Positions 26,741-35,000 of a stretch of DNA of 64,000 nt are shown here, piece after piece. The DNA comes from a virus. Each line of letters starts with the position of its first letter. The stretch's first letter is position 1. The notes under the pieces were generated by a model. The model ran no database searches. It worked only from the letters and a program-made list of their open reading frames with translations, and had not been told where the DNA came from. The translations under genes and the position numbers were made by a program. The stretch is taken from IMG/VR virus record IMGVR_UViG_3300045988_067909; one strand, 5' to 3'.

Positions 26741-28285
26741 ATGGAAGAAAGAAAATTAAACATGAATATCCGTCTTCATCATTCACCAAATGAATCATGG
26801 AAGACAACTATGGAGATTCTAGATTTAGATAAGCTTCGTATCGAGGGTATATCTAAAGGTAGAGACTTTATCATTTCTGAACCACAAACTGTAAAGAAAG
26901 ATTTAAAGTCAGATTCTTCCATCTTCTCTAGTAAATATGGAGCATCTATATCTGATGATAAAGATGCTTATAAGGATAGATATCGTTGTGAATGTGGTCA
27001 CTATACTGGTAGACTATATAATAACGAAATCTGTCCTTACTGTAATACTAAGGTCAAATATGTAGACGATGACCTTAATATTACTGGTTGGGTTGTATTA
27101 CAAGAGCATGTAATCATCCACCCTAACTTATTTAAGAACCTAGAGAAATTAATCACTCCAGCCGTTCTTAAAGACATCTTGACTCTAGATGTAGAGCTAG
27201 ATGAAAATGGATTCGAAGTATCTAAAGTAAATGAGAAAGTCAGAAAAGAATCTGGTGAGTATCATGGTATTGGTATGATAGAATTCTGTAAAAGAATAGA
27301 TGAGATTATGGAATACTTTGCTCGTAAGAACAAGTCCAAGAAAGATAAGATAGCTAACTATGAGTTGCTACTAAAATATAGGGACAGATTACTTACACAT
27401 TCTATTCCAGTATATTCTCTATTCTTACGTATGGTTAATCTCCAAGGGGATAAGTTCTCCTTTAAAGGAGCTAATGCTATTTACAATAATATCGCTAAAT
27501 ATGCAGCATTAGTAAATGGCAACCGTACAGTAATCCAAGCAAGAGATCAATTTAAAGATGAGGCTCTCTTGAATATTCAATATCTATATGCTGGGTCTAA
27601 TGATTCTTTGTATGATTCTGTCATTGAAGAATTAGCACATAAGAAAGGTGCCATTCAATCTGCATTAGCTGGACGGTATAACTTTACTGGTCGTAATGTA
27701 ATCATTCCAGATGCTACATTACGTATTGATGAGATTAAGCTTCCATATAACTCATTACTAGTTCTATTGGAACAAACTATCATCAATATCCTAGCTAGAT
27801 CTTATAATATCACTTATAGCGATGCTCATAAGAAGTGGTGGAAAGCCCAAACTTATGTAGATCCAGTTATATTAGATATCATCAAAGGTATCATTAAGTC
27901 TTACCCTCGAGGTATTCCATTCATCATCAATCGTAACCCAACTATCAACTATGGTTCTGTGTTACAAATGTATTGTATTGATGTATTGGTAGATTCATTC
28001 ACTATGAGAGTTCCATTACAGGTATTACCTGGTATGAATGCGGACTTTGACGGTGACTGCTTGAATATCACTTATCTTATTAATAAGGAATTCGTAGCTA
28101 GATGTGAAGAGTCTTTGAATCCTAGAAATACTATGATGATTTCTAAGAACAATGGGCGATTCAATTCATTCATGAACTACTTCAAGGATACTATTGTAAA
28201 CTTGAATAGTTTCTGTAATCTAGGTTTCGATACTTATACTAAAGATGAGATAGATGATATCAAAGCTCTAATGGAGGGTAGATAA
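26741..28285 (+). CDS. multisubunit RNA polymerase beta-prime subunit, N-terminal fragment (through the catalytic NADFDGD loop); split phage-encoded RNAP
   Basis: RBS TAGGAGGAG. Beta-prime zinc ribbon RYRCECGHYTGRLYNNEICPYCNTKV (nt 26987-27043; E. coli [25 protein letters not shown]). GMNADFDGDCLN (nt 28037-28057), then NPRNTMMISKNNG matching E. coli MMSTNNILSPANG. The ORF stops about 50 aa after the active site, as in split jumbo-phage RNAPs. Confidence 0.8.
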   Translation: MEERKLNMNIRLHHSPNESWKTTMEILDLDKLRIEGISKGRDFIISEPQTVKKDLKSDSSIFSSKYGASISDDKDAYKDRYRCECGHYTGRLYNNEICPYCNTKVKYVDDDLNITGWVVLQEHVIIHPNLFKNLEKLITPAVLKDILTLDVELDENGFEVSKVNEKVRKESGEYHGIGMIEFCKRIDEIMEYFARKNKSKKDKIANYELLLKYRDRLLTHSIPVYSLFLRMVNLQGDKFSFKGANAIYNNIAKYAALVNGNRTVIQARDQFKDEALLNIQYLYAGSNDSLYDSVIEELAHKKGAIQSALAGRYNFTGRNVIIPDATLRIDEIKLPYNSLLVLLEQTIINILARSYNITYSDAHKKWWKAQTYVDPVILDIIKGIIKSYPRGIPFIINRNPTINYGSVLQMYCIDVLVDSFTMRVPLQVLPGMNADFDGDCLNITYLINKEFVARCEESLNPRNTMMISKNNGRFNSFMNYFKDTIVNLNSFCNLGFDTYTKDEIDDIKALMEGR

Positions 28286-28521
28286 TGTATACTGGAAATA
28301 ACTACTTTGCTGCTAGATCCGAAGTATTACAATTAGGTGAAGCTGTAGTAGTAAAATCTGAGTTACACGATATTGATATTCCATGTCGTGTAGCTTTAAT
28401 TGAGCCGAATGATCCGATGCAAGGTTATAATACATACTATCTTGTATCTGATTATTCTGATTTGAACGATAAATTCGATCCACGCATTGGAGACTTCCAT
28501 TGTGTGATCATTGATAAATAG
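28285..28521 (+). CDS. small hypothetical protein (78 aa)
   Basis: TAATG overlap. RBS GGAGGG. Confidence 0.6.
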   Translation: MYTGNNYFAARSEVLQLGEAVVVKSELHDIDIPCRVALIEPNDPMQGYNTYYLVSDYSDLNDKFDPRIGDFHCVIIDK

Positions 28522-28635
28522 GGGGTTATTATGGGCGGTACTACATACGGTGGCTTCTAATAATTAATATGTATTGGGGTAGTCTTAAGGGCTACCCCAA
28601 ACATTTATATAATTTTTTGTCATTAAGGAGGTATT

Positions 28636-30222
28636 ATGGCTAAGAAACCTTTTTATGAGTACCGTATAGTCACTCCAGTAGGCCCAGATAATGATGGTAA
28701 TATACCTCTGATTGAGCTTGATATAAAACGTGATGATGACCCTGGTATTCATACTATATCTGAAATAAAGAAAGATAGAGAGCAGTTACCTAGGTCTGAT
28801 AAAGATACACCATTGACTACTGATGATGTACAGTTAAAAGTAGAGCCTGGTAAAGACTTTGAAGTGGTTAATAGAGATGTATTAGCTAAGATATATGCAG
28901 ACCCTGATAAGTTTAAACCAATTGATATAGTAGAACGTATGGAGAAGAAGATATATCGTAATCTCTGTGTTCCATCTCATGTACACGCATACTCAGTATG
29001 TGTAGAGTTCTTTAAGAACTATATCTTATCACAGTTTAGTGCATCATTCTTTAAGACAGTCTACATCGAAGGGAAACATCTCTTTGATGATTGGGCTAAA
29101 CTTAATATCAATGATATGATTAAACGTGGTAAACCTGCTATTGCTATTATTCCTCAGTTAGATACAGACTTTAACCGTGATGGTATAGATGCTAATAACT
29201 ATGACTTAACGTATTATGCCAGAACGTTCAACTATAGAGATACATTCTTTAAAGATAGAGAGCGTGATAAGTATATTGCTATAGCATTTGAGCAAATGCT
29301 TATGAACTTCCAAGTACGTATCAAAGTCAATACTAAAGCTAAGCAAATAGATATTATGAAATATCTTAAGATGGCTCTTAAAGTTGGTGCCACATCTGGT
29401 AAGTATCTTGATATGGATATCCATGTACCACAAGAAATGCTACTAGCATTAGCTCAAGATGTAGGATTTGATGTAGATCTAGAGAAGAAAGAAATCAAAG
29501 ACCCATTCAAATTCCTAGTATACTTAAATAGTAAGTCCGAAGTCCCATTCATCTATAAGCTTAGAGCTATTAATGGTAGAAATGAGTTCTTTATTAGAGC
29601 TAAAGCTATGTATACTCATATAGCTACACCAGATATCAATATAGATGATGGTGAGCGCCAAGGACAAGTAAGTTCTAATTACTTTATTGAGTTTACTACA
29701 GAGATTAGAATGCCAGCGCCTAAAGTATATTGCTACTTTACTGCTAAGCACACTAATCTTATTGAGTTTACTGATAACGCTGGTAATATTAAGTCGTATG
29801 TAGCTAACTTTGCGAATGTACCAACATTGAATGAACGTGGTTGGGAACAATTCTTTACATTAGACTATGAAGATAAGAAAGATAAAGTGCTAGAGATTAG
29901 TATTAGCGATATCTTTGATGGTGACCCATATATAAATAAATTAATAAAGTACTGTAAGTCTAAGTTCATTAGTCCATCTGTGTTTATTGACTTTAAGATT
30001 GTCAATAATAATAAGATAGTTGATATAGATGTCAACTGGACTGATATGGTTATCAATACAATCAAACCTGTAGACTTTGAGTATTCAGAGATAGTCGTTT
30101 ATACTGATAAAGCATATATGAATTCTCAATTACTAGCTATGGAACAAGATACAGGCTACCGTGTAGTCTATAATAAAGATCCAGAATCTGAGAACTATCC
30201 TATACATGATAATAGAAATTAA
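28636..30222 (+). CDS. hypothetical protein (528 aa); possibly a highly diverged beta-prime C-terminal fragment
   Basis: RBS TAAGGAGGT. Segment MALKVGATSGKYLDM at aa ~247-260 weakly resembles the beta-prime bridge helix (TALKTANSGYLTRRL) at roughly the expected offset. Otherwise unrecognisable. Confidence 0.7.
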   Translation: MAKKPFYEYRIVTPVGPDNDGNIPLIELDIKRDDDPGIHTISEIKKDREQLPRSDKDTPLTTDDVQLKVEPGKDFEVVNRDVLAKIYADPDKFKPIDIVERMEKKIYRNLCVPSHVHAYSVCVEFFKNYILSQFSASFFKTVYIEGKHLFDDWAKLNINDMIKRGKPAIAIIPQLDTDFNRDGIDANNYDLTYYARTFNYRDTFFKDRERDKYIAIAFEQMLMNFQVRIKVNTKAKQIDIMKYLKMALKVGATSGKYLDMDIHVPQEMLLALAQDVGFDVDLEKKEIKDPFKFLVYLNSKSEVPFIYKLRAINGRNEFFIRAKAMYTHIATPDINIDDGERQGQVSSNYFIEFTTEIRMPAPKVYCYFTAKHTNLIEFTDNAGNIKSYVANFANVPTLNERGWEQFFTLDYEDKKDKVLEISISDIFDGDPYINKLIKYCKSKFISPSVFIDFKIVNNNKIVDIDVNWTDMVINTIKPVDFEYSEIVVYTDKAYMNSQLLAMEQDTGYRVVYNKDPESENYPIHDNRN

Positions 30223-30230
30223 AGAGTATA

Positions 30231-30265
30231 CCTGGATGGGCAAATCGCTCATCCAGGGTATTTTT
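30231..30265 (+). terminator. intrinsic terminator cctggatgggcaaatcgctcatccagg + TTTTTT
   Basis: 10-bp stem plus T-run. Confidence 0.7.
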
Positions 30266-30266
30266 T

Positions 30267-30282
30267 AATTGTATATTATAAC
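30267..30282 (+). promoter_or_regulatory. promoter-like motif copy AATTGTATATTATAAC
   Basis: Directly after the terminator T-run. 97 nt upstream of ATG 30379. Confidence 0.5.
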
Positions 30283-30378
30283 TATAAGTACATCCGTACA
30301 TAAAGTTTGTAAAAACTCGTTATACGGATATATATGGTTATTATTTATATTAAATTGTGTTAGAATAGGAGATTAAAA

Positions 30379-31251
30379 ATGCAAGAATCAAACAAATTAA
30401 CTAAAAGTGATGTCATTAGATATCGGGAATTGAAAATAAAATACTTAGATACGAGGGCTCCAAAAGAAGCATATGCTATTCATCTATCTGGTATGACAAC
30501 TAATCAAAAAATTAAGCTATATAGTTATTGGACTAGATATATGAATATGGTTAATACTGTATCTGATAAACCAACGTTCTTAGAAAGAGAACAGGATATG
30601 AAAACTTGTGGTATACAAGAATTAACCACTATGCTATTTACAAGAAAAGCTATCTCTTTAAGACGGTCATCTGGTAATCCATTTCTATTATTACTAAGAC
30701 CAAATATAAAGAAAGAATATGCTGATTGGTTAATGAATATAAGAGAAGAATATGGCGTTCCTAAATCATTATTAAGACCTGTTCGTGGTAGACGTAAATC
30801 CCCATATAGATTATATATCTATCCTGATTATAGTAAGTACTCTAATATATTTGATGTGGCTAAGTCCATTAAAATCTTATACGAATTAGCTAAAGCATAT
30901 GAGAATGGTGAGATATCTAGTGGACAAGACCTAAGACATAAACTATGTGAATTATGTAAAGACATGGGTCATGTACCATCATTCCAAACAGGTACAATAG
31001 TTAAGCTGTATGAGTCTATTAAAGACTATTATAAGTTATATCTCGTCTATGACCAGCTAGGAGACGATTTACTTCTAGGTGAATCTTTTGCTTACTTAAA
31101 CAAAAGATATAAACTAACTAAGATGGGTATTTATAATATAAAGAGTTTATATGCAGCTATAACAATACACGCATCTATAGTTGCATTATACCTTAGAACC
31201 AAAGGTCACTTGATATCTAGAGTATTCAATACCTACTATACACCATTCTAG
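30379..31251 (+). CDS. hypothetical basic protein (290 aa)
   Basis: RBS AATAGGAGA. Confidence 0.7.
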   Translation: MQESNKLTKSDVIRYRELKIKYLDTRAPKEAYAIHLSGMTTNQKIKLYSYWTRYMNMVNTVSDKPTFLEREQDMKTCGIQELTTMLFTRKAISLRRSSGNPFLLLLRPNIKKEYADWLMNIREEYGVPKSLLRPVRGRRKSPYRLYIYPDYSKYSNIFDVAKSIKILYELAKAYENGEISSGQDLRHKLCELCKDMGHVPSFQTGTIVKLYESIKDYYKLYLVYDQLGDDLLLGESFAYLNKRYKLTKMGIYNIKSLYAAITIHASIVALYLRTKGHLISRVFNTYYTPF

Positions 31252-31261
31252 ACAAAAGAAA

Positions 31262-31305
31262 TCCCAGTATAGTCAATGACTATACTGGGTATTATTTTTT
31301 TTTGT
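31262..31305 (+). terminator. intrinsic terminator; second exact copy of cccagtatagtcaatgactatactggg + T-run
   Basis: Identical to the hairpin at 15942-15968. Confidence 0.7.
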
Positions 31306-31321
31306 AAAAGTTCATTATTAT

Positions 31322-31336
31322 AGTTGCATACTATAA
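31322..31336 (+). promoter_or_regulatory. promoter-like motif copy AGTTGCATACTATAA
   Basis: Followed by the structured leader. Confidence 0.5.
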
Positions 31337-31337
31337 A

Positions 31338-31434
31338 CGTGTATGGTAGATACAGCTAGTCTCAAGTAGCTGTATCTAAATATAACCATACACTTGTAGG
31401 AGTATATCCTACTTGCCGAAAGGAGGTGACTCCT
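31338..31434 (+). promoter_or_regulatory. structured 5' leader, copy A: long imperfect hairpin (gtgtatggtagatacagct / agctgtatctaaatataaccatacac), second hairpin (gtagga...tcctac), and an SD-sequestering hairpin AGGAGgtgaCTCCT immediately before the ATG
   Basis: Duplicated with loop-only differences at 31713-31809. Confidence 0.45.
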
Positions 31435-31611
31435 ATGACTGGTGCTCAAATGAGATATTACAATCTCACAGCTGGTCATGAAGCTAATCTTTATTTAAAA
31501 ATAAGATTAGCTCTAGACATTGTACGCAACTACGAGAATGGTAATTCTGAAAACTATTCTCGTAGTGAGTACGATGAATGCTTAAAATTCATTCAAAATC
31601 TAGAACCTTAG
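31435..31611 (+). CDS. small hypothetical protein (58 aa)
   Basis: The track start 31426 is a GTG. ATG 31435 lies 6 nt after AGGAGGTG. Confidence 0.55.
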   Translation: MTGAQMRYYNLTAGHEANLYLKIRLALDIVRNYENGNSENYSRSEYDECLKFIQNLEP

Positions 31612-31632
31612 ATTTGTGGATGAATGAATAAT

Positions 31633-31678
31633 ATACATGGGTAGGTGTTCACTCATCTACCCATGTATTATTTTTTTT
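31633..31678 (+). terminator. intrinsic terminator atacatgggtag...ctacccatgtat + T-run
   Basis: 12-bp stem, T9. Confidence 0.7.
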
Positions 31679-31696
31679 ATAAGTAAACTGTTTTAC

Positions 31697-31712
31697 GATT
31701 GTATACTATAAT
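31697..31712 (+). promoter_or_regulatory. promoter-like motif copy GATTGTATACTATAAT
   Basis: Followed by leader copy B. Confidence 0.5.
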
Positions 31713-31809
31713 TGTGTATGGTAGATACAGCTGCCTACAATAGCTGTATCTAAATATAACCATACACTTGTAGGATATTAATCCTACTTGCCGAAAGGAG
31801 GTGACTCCT
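31713..31809 (+). promoter_or_regulatory. structured 5' leader, copy B (same stems as copy A, different loop sequences, identical SD-sequestering hairpin)
   Basis: Arms conserved. Loop gcctacaat vs agtctcaagt, and tatta vs gtata. Confidence 0.45.
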
Positions 31810-32016
31810 ATGGCACCAAACGGTTGCATAGGTAACTATGCAAATCAACTAGCAGAAAGATCTTCCAATCTAGATTGGCAGATTCGTACTGCTATGAGCC
31901 TAGTGGCTGATCGTTATGCTGACATCAACAGCGTAACGCATCACGAAGCCATAATGGCTTACCGATTCCTTGTATCACAAGGATTCAAATTACCTATAAC
32001 TGAAAACCACTTATAG
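31810..32016 (+). CDS. small hypothetical protein (68 aa)
   Basis: The track start 31801 is a GTG. ATG 31810 lies after AGGAGGTG. Confidence 0.55.
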   Translation: MAPNGCIGNYANQLAERSSNLDWQIRTAMSLVADRYADINSVTHHEAIMAYRFLVSQGFKLPITENHL

Positions 32017-32030
32017 GTAATAAGAGAGAA

Positions 32031-32090
32031 TACGGTGGTGTAGGTGTATGCCACCGTATTACTCCATTGTTATACCTGTTTTATTTTTTA
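32031..32090. terminator. probable bidirectional terminator between convergent genes (atacggtggtgtaggtgtatgccaccgtat hairpin, T-rich flanks)
   Basis: 9-bp stem. Sits between convergent 3' ends. Confidence 0.4.
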
Positions 32091-35000
32091 TACAGTTTCG
32101 AATATAACAGGGTCAACGAAACCGACATAAGCTTTAGGATTCTTAGCTTGCATAAATTCAGCTTTACGTAAGAAGTCTAATGTAACATTAAACCCTTTAA
32201 AGATATTACGCATACTAGTATTACCTGTAGCTGTTTTTACTATATTAGCTACACGTTCTACTTCTATACCTGTAGGGTTTTGTGCTTGAACTATATTAGC
32301 AGAAGATGATAAGTATTCATTAGACCAAGGCCCCATAACCTGATATCTACTATTAGTAAAGTATACAGCAATCTTTAAGTTATAGCCAGGGTTCTTTTGG
32401 AACTCTTGTGCTAAGACTTTATTGATACGTGCTAGGTATGTATTAACAGGGCGTAGTGAAGCACGTTTAATAGATACATTAGTACCATTACGGTTATATT
32501 GCACTCTAGAATCATTATTAGCTTCAGCATAGTTATTGACTATGAACGCTACAGATTCATTTTCAGCTAGTTTACTATAGTATCTTGTAATGAAGCTAGT
32601 AATATAGTTGACATTGTTATTCAAGTCATCAATATTATCTAGATAGATTACATATTGTTTATGGTTAGTATCAGACTTTCTATTTACAAATAGATTCATA
32701 GGAGATTGTCCAATACTAATACTAGTCGGAACAGTAACACTATCATCTAAGAATTGATTATAGAAGTGGAGAATGCCCTTAAAGTGTGGTATAAGTGTAA
32801 CTTGATTACAATCTGGATATGTATATTGACCCTCACGTAGAGAATGTGCTGTATCATTAGGATTTAAGAATTTAGTTAACCCATTACGGATACCATCTCT
32901 GTAGAATCTAGCATACATAATATCAGAACTATGCATAAAGAAATCATAGACTACACCCTTCTTATAAAGCTTAGTACTAAACTTAGATTTCCAATCATCA
33001 GAGCCTGGTTCATTAGTATAGTCTAAGTTAGGCTTAAACATTTCAGGAACTGCCACATATGTATTTCTACCAATACCTGATAAGCATTCATCACCATTAC
33101 CATTAAACAATAACGGATTATTATAATGGAAGTATGTATGTAAGAACGTACCAACACCAATCTCTTGGATATTCTTATACCCTTTATCGTCCGTATAACG
33201 CATAGATAGGTTATCCATTACTGGTTCAAACGTATTGATTTGGTTTACACCATAGTTTCTGGCTACACGTATACGATTATACTCATTAGCGTTATTACCT
33301 AATGCTACATAATTGCTAGAACTATTTAATGCTAAAGACTCTTCAGCTAATAAACAGTTTGAGATATTAGCATTATATACGTAATCACCAGTATGATACA
33401 TAAATTTACCAGGACCATTCTTAGGTTCTGCTATATAACTAGCATCAGTATCCCCAGATTGTTTGAATAATACATCTGGTAATACTGCATTACTTGTAAT
33501 ATTATTATTTGTACCAGGAACTGTATTACTACCAATGATATAGTTTATAGATGTAGAGTTATTAGGGCTAATAAATCCTTTGGTGTAACTACCATCAGAT
33601 GAGAATGTGATATTATAGTTAAGTCTTTGAATATCTGTAATTGTATTTATTAATAATGCACCATAGATAGGATGTCTAATAGCTGGATCATCAGGTATAA
33701 ATTTACGTATTTCTATATATAGCGTTTGGTAATTCATTGTAGATAATAACCACCCAGAGATATAGTCATATGTAGTTTTATCTATTAATGGAATCCAGAA
33801 TTTCTCATTATTAGCACCAGTATATTCTATATAGCATATACGATATCTATAGTCACTGCCAGGTCTGGAATTATTGGTTGTTGGAATCTTATAGAACCCA
33901 ACAGGGTTACCTGTAACTTTAAATATACAATCTGTCGTTATAGGGTCAGTTATAGTTTTATTTATTGAAGAATCAGGTATATTATATATATTAGCTGCTG
34001 ATGCGGCATTTAATTCACGACCACAAATGAATGTGATATTATCTTCATTCCTAAATAAGTCATTCATAGTACCGGCTGGTGCAGTTGTCCATAATGCTAA
34101 ACCACCGGCAACTTCAGTGAAGTATATATCCTGAGGATATGTACCATTATTTATGCCAGTTCGTACTCCTAGACATTCTCTATATATACTTTCTACAGTG
34201 TCACGACTGTTTGTCTGGGCAATACCACTATCATCTAGATCTGTATAATCTAATAAGAATAATCCAACATCCTTAGATCCTGTAGCCATATAGTTAGCCC
34301 AAACAGATTTAGTTATATTCGCTAATTCTTGTGGACTTACATTTAATACATTACGCAAATAGTCACTATCTACGATATAAACAGCCATACTTCTATTATC
34401 TATATTGATATCACGTAACTTAGCTATAGTATCTTTGAAGTGTTCCATATAAGATTTACCTGCAGGAGCATCAGATCGTCTTAGTATGTACTTAAATGCT
34501 GGTGCATTAAATCTGACGGATACATCAGAGCTTATATTTGTAGGTCTAGGTTCTACTGAGTTTGTATATTTTACTGCATTTACGTAGTCATCTATAAGTA
34601 AGATATAGCCCCATAGCATATTATCGATCAATGTTTGCCGACGATACATGTAGATACGACCATAGGTATTATTGATAGCATTAAACAAATTATATTGACC
34701 AATACCATATAAATCGTATGGTACAGCATTACAGTTACTAGCAGATTCAGTTACAGTACATTTAATAACTGGAGAATCTTGGAACAAATTCAATGCTACA
34801 CGGTTATGTTCTGTTTTACCAACTACCATTTCACAATGAGATGCATCTAATAATGGTGTAGTGAAATCGGAGAAGTATCTTGATTTCAAGTTTACTATTT
34901 TATTAGTAGTATCTATATCTGTTACATTTATAGGATTAGCTTTATAGAAGAACTCATTATTATCTCTTGTAGGATTAGCGTTAGGTATTCGCTTACCAGC

